Assembly: GCF_022045235.1 (NCBI RefSeq)
Contig: NW_027266308.1
Span: 35,526,001-35,590,000 of the forward strand
Source of the DNA: Haliotis cracherodii
Lineage: Eukaryota
Length of the DNA: 64,000 nt
Reading direction: 5' to 3'
Shown piece after piece: positions 13,656 to 27,195 of this stretch. The translations under genes were made by a program, and so were the position numbers. The first letter of the stretch is position 1. Every line of letters starts with the position of its first letter. A model generated the notes under the pieces. The model saw nothing but the letters and a program-made list of their open reading frames with translations. It was not told the DNA's origin and did no database searches.

Positions 13656-14274
13656 TCATATGTTTGAACTTAATATGTGCCTTGGGCCATGTTTGAATTC
13701 ATTGACAGTCAATCCTTTCAATCACCATGCTTTAATGGAAACTCGCAAAGAATCAGTGTGATCAGAAGTGCTACAGAAACAAATCTAGTTTGACCGCCAT
13801 TACTTCTGGCACTTATATAGTGCAAAGGAAACAAACGTACAACCAGTGCTTGACGTGAACACTACAGTTATACCTCTTTCTTATGTTATCTTTATCTTGT
13901 TGTTATCGTTTTATTCTTCACTGAAATATATGAATATGTCAGAATATATTTAGTTATGTCTTGTTTACCATGCATCCTGCCTGGTTATAATCCAATCTAC
14001 GTGCACTTGCGAGCCACGTGGCGTCTCCTAGAGCAAGTGACCGTTTTCGAATCATGCCTTTCCTCACTCAGCAGTGAATGGGTACCCGGTGGCATGAGAT
14101 TTTAATGTGACTGGTACCGTTCTAGCACCTCACAGACAGCTTGGTTTTGTAAACTCTCCAGAGAGCTGAGAATGTAAATCGAGTTCACACTCATCCATTG
14201 ACCGAGTAGGTTAGGTAATCGCGCTTTGCGCATACTCGGGTATGGAGTAACCGCTACATAAGAATTATTATTGG

Positions 14275-14425
14275 TAGCAAGGGTGGCCCAGTCGTCTAAG
14301 GCGCCGCAATTAGCTGTGCAGATTTGCGTCCCTTGGGCGCACCAGAAACCTATGATTGTGGGTTCGAATACCGGTTTTCCTCGCTATGTTTATAGTTTTG
14401 TCATCACCATACCCGTACTTGTTGG
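14275..14425 (+). mobile_element. SINE family 3 5' half
   Basis: Matches 20084-20225; followed by (TAA)n(TGA)n. Confidence 0.75.
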
Positions 14426-14426
<1 letters not shown>

Positions 14427-14475
<49 letters not shown>

Positions 14476-14489
14476 TGATGATGATGATG
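14427..14489. repeat. (TAA)n(TGA)n compound microsatellite
   Basis: Direct observation. Confidence 0.9.
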
Positions 14490-17234
14490 GTTGTACGAAG
14501 CATACATTGACTAGGAGGGTGTAGCTTCAGGCTGTTCAATTGATCGATTCCATTCTGTTTTGACAGCCTTCCTTTCCTCGTGACGATTATGAATATCCTA
14601 CATTGGAATTGTCAACGGTTAATGACAAGGGAAAGGGAAAAATAAACCTGTATTATCTACTACCAATTTACTATCAACACAAATTGATAATGATCGGAAC
14701 CGCACAGTCCAATAGAAAAGTAAAGTAACAGGTTGACATTTAGATGGCCCTTTTCACATCATTGTTTTCCACACTGTGATTTTCACTACAGCCTTGGGCT
14801 CAGTAATTGAAACGCATTGTCCTTACAAAATATTACATTGTTTACGTCTAGTATACTTGGTACGTAGTTAGCTCCGTTAATTAAGCGTAACACCTGACAT
14901 TGTTGTTTCCCGGAGAATCTTTGTCGTATGTCTACCAGTGTGTGAATAGTAATTGCACAATGATCCGTCAAATTCTAGTAGATATTGGGTAATAATTTAA
15001 TCCACATTAAAGCTAAATATCAGTCGAACCAGAAAATATCGGATTAATTCAAATGCCTCTCAGGTTCAAGCCCGTTGTCAGTCTAGTGAGAAATAAGTGC
15101 ATTAATTGATTTAAATCACCCATGCTTGAAATACACAACCAAAACGAAGGTACTGACATAGATGCCGGTATGTATATAAAAATACTGAGGCATATCCAAT
15201 AGAGTTTTTGTTGTGTATTCCTAGCGTGGGGATACCATGCCGCAGTTGAACATGAATACTCCACTCAAACACATTGTACTGACTCCGAGCCGACCAGTCC
15301 TTGTTTTAGCCCCTTAACAAGTATTCACCCTCAAAGAATATACACGGCAACATATTATACAACTCAAAATAACGACTTGTATGGCTAAGGAACGCAACTC
15401 TACACAAGACGACTAGATAAAGGATAGTATGTGTATAAGTTATCGTTTGTGTCACTTGTGTTCACTTATGTTGCATATGAAACTAATATCTCGATCTTTA
15501 CTTGATTGATATGCCATAAAGTCCAATCGAAGTTGAACTTTATTTGAATACGCTTAATCAGACACGCTATCTACTGAGCGGATCCTATTGTTTTTGACAT
15601 ATTTCAAAATATGATTTGTTAATAGGAAAATTAATGTTGTGACAGTTCGCACAAATTGTTATATTGTGACCCCATATATGCGCATCCAAATCCCCGCTTG
15701 CTTTCAAAGTGTAAAGGCAATAATACTTATTGGTCTACATTTATCCACAAAGACGTTAAAGTTGAAGATGAAACCCGCCTTCTCACATCTTGTGACTTTT
15801 AGTCAGCGTTTTAATCTACTAGAAAAGGCAAAAGAGTTTAACCCTGACTTTTGTCCTTATACAATAGCCGCAGATTACCCTACAGAATGCAGCAAGACCC
15901 GTTTACTGACGCTTCTACCAGTTACTCTCGCTGATAATACGTCTGCTTGTATTGTTCTTGTTGCATAAAGTGTTTAAGAGGTCGCCTTCTGCCTAAGCAA
16001 TTTCGGCTGACCTGTCCATCTTTTGGTCTTGACATTCTAGTAACTAGTCTTCTTGTGCTTGAGGCATCCGCCTATATACTCTATAAACATTAAGTACGTA
16101 TATAAATGTATGTATTGTACAGGTACATTTCAATGTTTGATGGGTTTAAATACAATTTATATGTTTTAATCATGTGTTAAGAAGTGGCTAATAGGCCTTT
16201 TCCAGGCTGGATATTGAACATATTATTTCTTAAATATCATGTTATATTTTTATTATGTACATTAAGTGACACTTTGATAAAATATATCTTATGTTATTTA
16301 TGTTAGTTCTGTTGCAAAGAAGGGGCACTATATGTAGCTTACAAACCATAACAGATTGATTAAACCACTCTTCACATCCATGTTATATAACCCTCAATGA
16401 CCTGTGTAACCAACACGATAAAGGCTTGGGCGGCACTGGTATGCCAAATATATCCCCTGGCTGATAGAATCCTTGGTCCCCTGGTATTTCAGTTACATCC
16501 CCTGGGACAAGGCACCTTTGCTCCCTTGTTTCAAATAGGCACAGCCTGGCGTCAGATTGTTTATTATGACGGCTTATTGCAGGTTCTTTTGAAGGCAATA
16601 CAGCTCACAAATACCCTCGTGGTATCCCCCCAGGCAGTGGGGGCGGTTATCGTTTTTCTTCATTGGCTTGAAATGCATAGAGAATGTCGTCATCAGCCCT
16701 TAAAAAGTTCTTTACTGTGGTCGCTTTTGTTCTTTATAATGGGCTATCTGCATGTGAGTGACGACGGGTGACGTGAAAGGGCATTCACCGATAAATGATG
16801 TAAAACAATGTCCTTTGCTGGATACCCCAATTCACTAAAACTCAAATGACTTCTGGGTGATCGTTTGGGGAACGCATTGAAGCGGCCTACGCTAAATCGT
16901 GATTAGTTAAATCGGAAATGCATAAATCTGGATTGGACACAATGTTTCATGTGATGTTTCTCTGTAGCAAGTTCTGGATTGGTAGCTTTCAACAATTGTA
17001 ATAAAAAATTCTCAATATTTTAGTTTTTTAATCGTGATATTGCCTTTAATAAGGAATATTCATATCTGATCCTCATTGATCGATTTGAACAAAACGGCGT
17101 GATAACATCATTGCAAAAAATATTCTCGTGGGTTCGGATAAACCTGTAAGGATTGATGATAAAAACGATCTTAGTTGTTATCTCAAAGAAGTGATGTGGT
17201 GCTCACCTGGTAAGCAGGGAGTTGGGTGATGGAG

Positions 17235-17561
17235 NNNNNNNNNNNNNNNNNNNNNNNNNNNNNNNNNNNNNNNNNNNNNNNNNNNNNNNNNNNNNNNNNN
17301 NNNNNNNNNNNNNNNNNNNNNNNNNNNNNNNNNNNNNNNNNNNNNNNNNNNNNNNNNNNNNNNNNNNNNNNNNNNNNNNNNNNNNNNNNNNNNNNNNNNN
17401 NNNNNNNNNNNNNNNNNNNNNNNNNNNNNNNNNNNNNNNNNNNNNNNNNNNNNNNNNNNNNNNNNNNNNNNNNNNNNNNNNNNNNNNNNNNNNNNNNNNN
17501 NNNNNNNNNNNNNNNNNNNNNNNNNNNNNNNNNNNNNNNNNNNNNNNNNNNNNNNNNNNNN
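17235..17561. other. Assembly gap (N run)
   Basis: Run of n. Confidence 1.
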
Positions 17562-18726
17562 TATATGTAGAGACAAACGGGTATATTTCAATGTCTGTTC
17601 CATTTCGTGTTTTACCTCAGTACATTCAGAAGTTTACAATTTACTTGTTCTTTACCTGTATCAAACAAATCAACCCTATATTCTATATATTACATAGCAT
17701 TACATTCAATAGATGCCTATATTACGTAGCATAAGTGTCATCTATGTAAGTGTTATAATAAGCACACGTCCTTCCAGTAAACGTGACGACGTATAGTCTA
17801 TTGTTAAACTAATTGACAACAGTTTCCGGTGAAACAGTCGATATCCCCTATAGTGGCATTACTGACAACATTCTGTTATTTCTTGATGATCTGTAAAGAT
17901 AATCAGTAAAGAAAGAAATCTGATGTCAGATTTAGATCATGCCAAAAACAAATCTTCAAACACAAAGCCTTCGGTTCTTTCCTCAAAGCTATTGTTTCAG
18001 GACCTACATAAACCCTATTCAACCCTTGTCACAAAGGACAACAATGCATGCATCGCATTCCCTACTGGTTGTATTACCTGCTAAATTCTCTTTATGTTAT
18101 TATTAACCATGGTGTCCTAATACATTTAGACCTATTAACCCCAAGGAGGCCAGGCTATCACCTAATGAGAACACCTGTTCCAATTGCACTCAACGTGGAT
18201 CCGCACTAATATACTTTCTGGTTGCAACTCAATCTGGTGTGAAACGTTTAATCCTTTAATGGCAAGTTTTGTGCAATACAAGACAATGCTGAGCCTTGAC
18301 CACGCGGACCCATGCGGGACCTCCCATACGCCGCTGGGTCAGATTAGTCCAAGCTGGTCAGTTGTGGTTTTGACACGGGTACTTGATCGGGATGATAAAG
18401 GTCTGTGGAAAGCGTCTCATTATTACCCTTTGATGTGATACTCTCTCATTAATTTCACTCCAGTGAATCGCAAAGGAACACACCGTCGGTCATCAGGCTT
18501 GCCTTACTGACTTTACATCACAGCAAGCTTAGGATTTGCCAATTTATTCAGGGTGAACTAAATAACGTTGGAATAGGATCATGTATAGCTATCATTTTGT
18601 AAAACTGATAAGGCGGGATTTGGCGCTTAGTCAGCAAATGTCAACAATGCACATGTATTGTCCAATTATTTAAAACATGTATGTATCGACAAAGGCATTC
18701 ATAACAAGAGAATTGGGTACAATGTA

Positions 18727-18901
18727 CAGTAAACTACGGTTATAACGAACACGGTTATAACGAACTTACGGATATAACGAACTTACTTTTCGGTCCCGAC
18801 TAGTTGCTGTAGTTATGCTGTATACATGCTTATAGCGAACTACGGTTATAAAGAACTAAAATTAGTAGTCCCTTTGAGTTCGTTATAATCGTACTTTACT
18901 G
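18727..18901. mobile_element. Tc1/mariner-superfamily (pogo/Tigger-like) MITE
   Basis: TIRs CAGTAAACTACGGTTATAACGAAC / CAGTAAAGTACGATTATAACGAAC; TA on both sides; internal GGTTATAACGAAC repeats. Confidence 0.8.
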
Positions 18902-19033
18902 TATACAGAAATATATTTTATACAAAAAATAATTTATAAAATTTATAAAAAAAACTCTTCCATTATACAATGTTCTATTAGAATAACTACGCGCTGAAAT
19001 AAAACAGTTTCGGGAGTCACCGTTTTTAGTGCT

Positions 19034-19297
19034 GTGAGTGAGTGAATAAGGTTTTGTTTGAAGCAATATTGTGGGGCTCCACACACTATACCCGTGTGGG
19101 GAATCAAACCCAGCCTTCGGGGTGACAAGCGAAGGCTTAAACGACAAGCATAACGACCCCATCACCCTCATTCCAGCAATATGACGGCGGGGGACACCAG
19201 AAATGGGCTTCAAACATTGTACCCATATGGAAAATCGAACCAGGTTCTTCGGCGTGATGTGCCAACGCATTAACCACTAGGCTATCCCACCGTCCCC
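19034..19297 (-). mobile_element. Two adjacent decayed SINE family 2 copies (about 19034-19160 and 19170-19297)
   Basis: ggcgggggacaccagaaatgggcttc...ccactaggcta and a gtgagtgagtg tail match family 2. Confidence 0.7.
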
Positions 19298-20083
19298 ATC
19301 ACCCTTGAGGGTTTTGAGGGATCCAGACAAACCATCTGCATATTTTGTGCGTGGTAAACCTTTCGATACATAGAATCAGATTACGATGTTTGTGCTGCCA
19401 TGTTTACTTTGCTCTGATTGGTGACAAAAACACCACCTTTTGTTCCGATTGTTCCAGTGCTTTTATTGGTGACATGGCGCCATTATACCTTCTGGCAAAA
19501 ATAATAAAATACGTCATCAATTGTTAATGGCGCCGTAAAACGTATTACATTACATAATTAGAACAGGAGGCAGCTTGGGAGGGGTATTTCGTATTCGATA
19601 TTTATAACAATCATTGTTTTAATGTGACCTTAGCGGATTAACCAGAGTCTTCTCACCAGAGTCTGCACGTGCGAAATTCATTGTGAAGAATAAAATAACG
19701 ACATAACTTCGCTGCCAATATTTCCATTTTTTTAATTCTGTACTTTACGAAGGACCAACACATTTTTCTTATCTCCCTTCTTCAATAGTTTCACACTCCT
19801 CATATACAATGCAAACAGTTTTAAAACCGCCATACAATTTGTTAACATTTGTCTATTGTTTTCACGTCATTATGTAATTGAAATATGATTCAAAGTGGAA
19901 TTAGGGCGACGTCATACATTCATTCCACATTGTCTTCAGCGTGAACTACCAAGTCATTCACTTTCGTCCAATCTCCGATGTGACTAGAAGAACCTTTTAT
20001 TAATTGTTTGCAAAAGTAACATAAATGATTGTGAGGTTATTTCAACCACTTCGGTAATTAGTACCATATTCACCATTCAATTA

Positions 20084-20349
20084 GTGGCCCAGTCGTCTAA
20101 GGCGCCGCGATTCGCTGTGCAGAGTTGCGTCACTTGGGCACGCCAGAAACCTATGATTGTGGGTTCGAATCCCGGTTCGCCCCGATTATGTTTCTAGGTT
20201 TGTCAGCACCATACCCGTGCTCGTGGGTTTCACCGAAGTGGTAAACGTCTGAGACCTGCATCACTTCGGGCTTTCCTCCCACATTAAGCTGACACGTCGC
20301 GATATAACTGGAATACTGTTAAAAGTGGCGTTAAATCCAACTCACTCAC
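20084..20349 (+). mobile_element. SINE family 3 (tRNA-Leu-like head, long A-B box spacer) with 14-bp TSD
   Basis: GTGGCCCAGTCGTCTAAGGCG...GTGGGTTCGAATCCC; (ACTC)n tail; TSD TCACCATTCAATTA at 20070-20083 and 20350-20363. Confidence 0.85.
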
Positions 20350-21950
20350 TCACCATTCAATTAAATTATTGGGAAAGTGTTCTTGGAACTGATACAATGT
20401 GAATCTTTATATTTCTATTTGGGGATGATCCAATCGTAAACAGCCACTGTCTGCTGTCCCTTTTAAGTTGATGTCCAGATTTTGTAGCGAATACCATTAT
20501 GAAACTAGGACGTCGTGATCACAAAGATATTTATCATAGACTTTGAGACAGACAGCGTAAGTAGTGTTTAAAGACTTCATTCCAGTTCGCCAGAGCTACC
20601 AGTTTGCCAAGCCAAGTTAAACTTCACTTTTCTGTTTACCACGGTTTTAATGAGATATGGCTTGGGATTTTTCTTTCATGTAAAGTATTAGCGTCGACTT
20701 GTGAATGACGAAGAAGACGTGTTGCGTTTTGCTTCAAGTAAAGACTATTATTCTCGTCTCCTAGAGATAATGTTATGTCAAACTAGTGCTAAATGGGACC
20801 AGTTGCCCACGGCGACACCTTCCGGTGCAAACCACCAAGGTTTTGTAAACAGTTGTCGGGCTACTAATTAAGCGGACGACTCACCGATTCATTCCAAATA
20901 GCCCCGAGACTCGGCTTAGCGTTCATGAAAGGTACCTTGTTCGAGCAATTACTGACAATCTTTAATAGATTTTGGGACAAGAATTATTGCCATGGTTGTC
21001 GTAAAGATCAACGGCGTGCAGTATTGTATATTTTGGGTTCCTGAATAGTTCTGAACGATGAAAGACAAACTGGGAATCCATCTGCTTGCAAGGAAATACA
21101 GATAACAAAATATTACTGTTGGTATTGTATGCAGGAAACTAAGAACATAATTTGAGTACACACAGTTTCATTGACAGGGTTACAAATTGAAGAGCTTAGA
21201 GCTAAAAGGGGCCAAAATGCCCTTTGGCTCTTTTTGCATATTATTGCATAAATAACATCTATGATTTCTTGTCTACCTGTTGAAATAATATTGTATGTTT
21301 TAATTGATGCGTTTTTGAAATATAGCTGCTTAAAATTCTATAAAAGGGCCAAAGTCAAGTTCCAAAAGGGCCATAGTCACTTTGCTTGATTTTGGCCCTT
21401 TTAACTCTCATTTCCGTGTGTGGTTGAGACTGGTTGTCTGAGAGAAATTTTGAAAGTTTGGACACCTTATAATTATGTTTCAACTATTTTACCAAAGTTC
21501 GCATTAGTTTAAATCATTTAAAAGTACTTCAATAGTATGCGTTTGTACTTTTAGTGGTAGTTTATCAATCTCATTTGTTAAATCCCATGCAAATGCCTGA
21601 GCGTCAAAAAGGGCCAAACTACAGACATTGACCTTTTCCACCCTTGCACAAATTAAAAACGTAAGTTTGTTTCCTTTTTTGAATGTTTTTATATAACAAC
21701 ATTTATATCTCTGCTGTCAGAATGCGTTAATGTCTGGGAATTTATCGGTAAAAAAATGTTCATTAATATGCATAATATTATGTGTTTTCATCACTTTTCT
21801 CAAAACAGACTCCACATGACATTGGCCGTGATGGCTCTAAGCTCTTCAATTGTAAAAGCACCATGTACTGGTACTTGTATGGTACTTAGGGTGCTTGAAT
21901 GGATACGGCGAAAAGTGTCTGTGTTTCATTTGACTGTTCAAAAAGGAAAT

Positions 21951-24900
21951 ATGTTGTGCAGAGTTGCCGCCCTTAGAGTAGATTTGAATCCACACTGTGT
22001 CCCTTTGGTCAGAATAATACGTGTCACATAAGTAGTAAGCAAAAATATCTTTTGGCTTTTCACCATATGTTAAATTTACACGCAGTGATATGTCTCATGA
22101 TAGTGAAACGCGGTAACTGAAATATTGCACTTTATATTTGTTGATGTAGAGATTGGTGTCAGTCCTGGTATGGAGATACTATTCACCACTACTCGTGATG
22201 TCGAAGTTAAGTCACGCTTCAATAATAATATTACCCCTTCCTTGTCCGACACCCATTGTAGTTTCATTATTTGATTTATAGATCAACGTCCCAGCATTTA
22301 CACAATTTTTCTTACTCTTTGGTAACAATCTTCAGTTCGATTTCTGTCATTGATGGATTTAGTCTATCGGCCCGTTTCACAGAATATTTGCATTGCAGCC
22401 GTATATGTTTCATATTTTCTCACAATATATGTATGGGCGATAAAACAATGGCCATTCTTAAATTATATCAAAATTGTTTACCGACATTACCAAAGATATA
22501 CATAATACTTATCAGGAATAATACGTGTTTTTTGCAGATTATCATATGCATCATATATCAATAGAAACTTCATGAACACAGATCGTATTCGGAAATGGCT
22601 GACGGAAATACACAGTGAAGTGGCCCCACCTCTGAATGCCCACATAATGAACTGTCAATGTTCCAAGTTTTATGTTTGTGTGCCAAAAGTCGCAATTTCA
22701 AGTTGTATGGCATATATCTACTGGACAACCTCCCACTTTCTATATTTGAACGTTGTGAGAGACACCCGAACAGTGCCAAAGCAACACGAAATTATTTCAT
22801 GGTGACACTACCAATATGGGTCTATATAGAAAGTAAAGCATGCCAATCCTGTTGATACATATATTGGACTCTAGCCCAAACTCAGAATCAAATGGATCTA
22901 TATTATCAATAGACTGGTTCTCCCAAACAAATCCAAATATATAAGATGATAGTTTCAATTCACCTAGCTTCAGTTATAAACACCTCCAAGCAGATAAGTG
23001 AAGTAATTCTTGACTGCACATCAAAAGGCCTTCTGTCACCAATGTAAGATTTAATACAACCGTATCGACAAGTACTGCTACTACACCACTAATCAGAAAG
23101 ACGTGGTCACTGATATGTACATCTGATACTAAAATGTAAAGGAACGCTCCAACAATGTTGTTTTGTTTATGTCGTGTTTCTGTTTCACCGTACCTTACAC
23201 TACACATACAAGATCACTTTATTCCAGTTTCAGAAGCCTTATACAGTTTTATAGAAATATGCTATCCTGGTAACCATGAACTTGTTTCCTCTTGGTGGAG
23301 GTGGTGGAATTGTTTGTTTACAACTCTAATGAAACCTAGGCACCAAATTCGTTGATATCATAATGTAATCTGGTGCTTTTACATGTACGTCTTTCCTATC
23401 AGTCTTTAATATGTAAGTGGCTAATACATAACACTTGTCTTAGGAACGTGGCTTGGTGCTGACAATGGTTCAGAACAAGAATGAATTTGACCAGCAACTC
23501 AAAGCCAAGAGACCACTTTGCAGAGCCTCATGCCACAGAATGATCCGCGCCACTTGTTTTTTATGTAATGACATATCAATTCACGTTCAAGAAGACTACT
23601 TAGCTCACCATTTCAGTTGACATAATGAAACGATAGCATCTGTGATGCAGCATCCGCTCCATGATTCCTTACAGGAAGCCTTTTGATTGCACAAAGTTTG
23701 ACCACCTTAATTAAGTTCCTGCAGACCCCCTCGGCGAGTTATAAAGTTATATCACATCCTATTGGCAGCTTATGTTCGACAAATCTGTCTCGCAGGTTTC
23801 CAGTGTGTCACCCCAGAGTGAATGCTGAACAAAGGAGTGAAATCTGTGGAACTGTTCGGGAGATTTTGTAGTATTTATGAAATAAGCAGCAATACTTTCT
23901 GACATTCTAAGTCACTCTCAGTTCCTACATCACCTATTTCAGTTCTCACCTAACCATCCATCCATACCTTCGCGCATTATCTCACATATTATTTCATTAC
24001 TTATCTCCATCTTTTTGTATCTACATTCCTCAATTCATTGAATAGTTTAGAGCATATCCATTCTAAAAGACGTTAAAAGATGGTACTTGTTGTTAACCCT
24101 GCCTGGCTATATAAGTGCAATAATCTTGGACGCACCTTCACCTCACCTTCTTTCAAATTACAAATAGGGGGTCCACGCAAGTACAATAAACATTATTCTG
24201 ATACTTTTTCCGGTGCCTTAAAAGTCATGTTCGGTTGTTTAATGAAATGTTTCCAAATATTAACAAAACACCCAAATTACTTTGCATTCAATAGGTTTAA
24301 GATTTCAAATTATATCTTGAATATACTTGCGTGATAATGGGCATATCAATAAGCTACGTGCAGGCTACAAGTAGACTGCATGCTGTAAAACCCATTTTAT
24401 TTGTATGTGCGGATGCCCAACAATGATATAATAAGCATACAGACATTACGTCAAGATATTTAGATGGAAACTGCTTCCTCGTGATTAACCGACAGACTCT
24501 TCCACAATAGCATGAAGTACTACGACTCTATTGTGTGATATAAACACACGATATAATAGAGAAGACACAGATGGTCCAAGACGCCACAATATGCTGTGCA
24601 AAGTTGCCGGACCTCAGAGTAGATTTGAATTCATAGTTTGTCCCTTTTCTCAGAATAATACGTGTCACATAAGTATTAAGCTTCTTTGACCTTAGTATCT
24701 TTGGCTTTTCACCACATGTGAAATTTACACGCAGTGATATGTCTCATGATAGTGATAGTCTCATGACAGTTTATATTGGTTGATGTGGAGATTGGTGTCA
24801 CCTTGGACGCACCTTCACCCCACCTTTCAAATTACAGATAGGGGGTCCACGCAAGTATAATAACCATATTTATGCTGATACATTTTCAGGTGCCGTAAAA

Positions 24901-25091
24901 GTCATGTTGGGTTGTTTAATGAAAAGTTTTCAAATATTAACAAAATAATCAATAAGCTACGTGCAGGCTACAAGTAGACTGCATGCTGTAAAACCCATTT
25001 TATTTGTATGTGCGGATGCCCAACAATGATATGATAAGCATACAGACATTACGTCAAGATATTTAGATAGAAACTGCTTCCTCGTGATTAA
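21951..25091 (+). repeat. Local direct duplication: 24591-25091 equals 21951-22161 joined to 24125-24490
   Basis: Direct sequence match on both sides of the junction gattggtgtca|c|cttggacgcacc. Confidence 0.85.
22700..23600 (-). mobile_element. Possible decayed Gypsy/Ginger-type integrase remnant
   Basis: Broken motifs in the expected order: Y*P...TC, PPPRGNKFMVTRIAYFYK, ISD, STG. Many stops. Confidence 0.3.
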
Positions 25092-27195
25092 CTCCCATAT
25101 CCAGCTTAAGGGGGATATGTATGACGTCATTCCCAGGTCACGCATGTAGTGACGTAATGTATGCCAAGGTGGTTGCTCGATAACCTTCTGCACTGGGATT
25201 AACGTTACGTTATATATAATCTTACCTTACACATGAGATTTCGTCATTTATATTCACTCAGAGAGAAAGTAATAGTTCAAATAACACATGGTCCATTGAC
25301 GTATAATATAGTTTATAGAGGCTAATGACATCGCGAACAAATGACCTGTCATTTGATGCATGAAACATTGTGGTCATCATGTCATTCTCAGGGTAGGTTT
25401 TACTTGATGCGGAAGAAAATAGAAAAAGGTAAACCTGGCATGTGGCACATTGTACTCTGACACTAATCACTTGATGGAGGAGTAACCACAAACACAGGTC
25501 TCCTATCTGCTCCGATCATGGCGTGTCCTCCCTTTTCTTATCGCTACAAACACAATTTGCTTTTTCTTCAGATGCTTCGAAAATAACATACTTGATAAAG
25601 TGTCGATCTGCTACATCAATTTTTTTTCGGATGACAAAAAATTATAATAATGCTTGCATTGCATCTGAAACAAAGTAAATAGTTTTAAAGAACAGAATAC
25701 AACTCTCATGCTGGGTGATCCGACATTATATATGCAAATAATTCTATTGTTCCTGGATGGAAACATAAAGCAAATTAAACAGATTTTTTAAACATGACGT
25801 AATTCTGTACCGTACTGAAGAAAATATTGTTATTAAGTTTGGAAAAGCATGTACATGTTTAACCTTGTAGTGACATAGCTTATTTGCAAATGCATTCCCA
25901 ATATATAAGATGTATATATGGACGCATTGGCCTTACAAAGCCTGCTGCTTTCACTTGAAGTTTGTTTTATTCAAAAGTGCATCAAAAGCATGTTTTTAGA
26001 ACTTGATGGTTTTATGTGTCGAAAATCCAGGTCATAGAAAGTTCACACTGTCTCACAATGCTACTCAGGTTTGGTAACAAAGCTTAAAACCTACCCAAGC
26101 TGACAAGATAATTACCATTTCTACAAGCCCCTAGGTTGGCGGCGTCATTAAGTAACAGCTGACCGTTATCAAGTAGCTCCAATTGCACTAATAAGTAGAT
26201 AACAGGTTGAGATACCACGACAACCAGCCCTGTTACACCACAGTGTTACCAACACGGACATTGATGAATAGCACGACTTCAAACTGACTACCATGGCCTA
26301 ATCACACCCCAGGGGACTTAGGAAACCCAACAAGCCCCCTGTGTGGTCTCTGGTCATATTGATTGTCTTCTCTTATATAATTAGATGTTATAGTAGGATT
26401 AGGTTTTACATGTCAGATTGGGGCAACACCTCATGGTCAAACAGGCTTCCCTATACTATTAGATATGAAGCAGATGGTCTTATTAGAATGTCTATTATGT
26501 GCAAGATACATGGGCTGTTTCCGGTCATTTATGAGCGAGGACGCTATTTGCAGAACAATACACGCATATAAATACATGGAAGGGTTACTTTTGTCAATAG
26601 GGCTAAATTGCTAATTAAAGTGTTTAGATTAGTTCTTACTTCTTTTGCCTACAGATTTTTGCTACGATCATGTATGTCATCTGTTACAAGCATTAGGTTT
26701 GAGACATGTTTGAAGGTATATTCTTGCAAGTAGTGGCTTCTGGAACACGCAGTTTGGTCTACTTAAATTTGGTTCATCGCATCCCCTTCTACATTATCAT
26801 GTGTGCATCGTGACTGAGTATACATCATACTTGGGTGACCATGTTATCTGTTTGCAGCATGGTGAGGCTCGTGTATAAAGTGCTGCTACTCATACGAACA
26901 TATTTATAGATATTGGATCTAAATCATTAGCATTAATGATAATTTAATTAGCAAATATTCTTTCTTTCAACGCTAAAACATCCAAGGTCATCGTATATAG
27001 TAATTACAGGACGAAGGTAATCAGTGACAAATTTCATAAAGCTTCTTCAACAATTTATTTCATTGATGCTTTCACGGAGTAACAATAACAAATGATAAAT
27101 AAACAGGTCAATTCATTCATTGAATCAAAGTTTTAGGCACATTTGTGATCCATGAATTCGTCCAGCACTACTAAATATTCTTTTTCTTCACAGTG

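Larger units (their letters stand above)
10297..14185 (+). repeat. Segmental duplication copy 2 (contains G2)
   Basis: Collinear with 1-2995 and 3930-4100; carries an extra 671-bp insertion. Confidence 0.9.

Noticed and set aside
17178-17734. ORFs spanning N runs (also 62774-63096)
   Set aside because: Assembly-gap artefacts.
18727-18901. CRISPR-like short repeats (GGTTATAACGAAC)
   Set aside because: No unique spacers or cas genes; eukaryotic context; TIRs plus TA flanks indicate a MITE.
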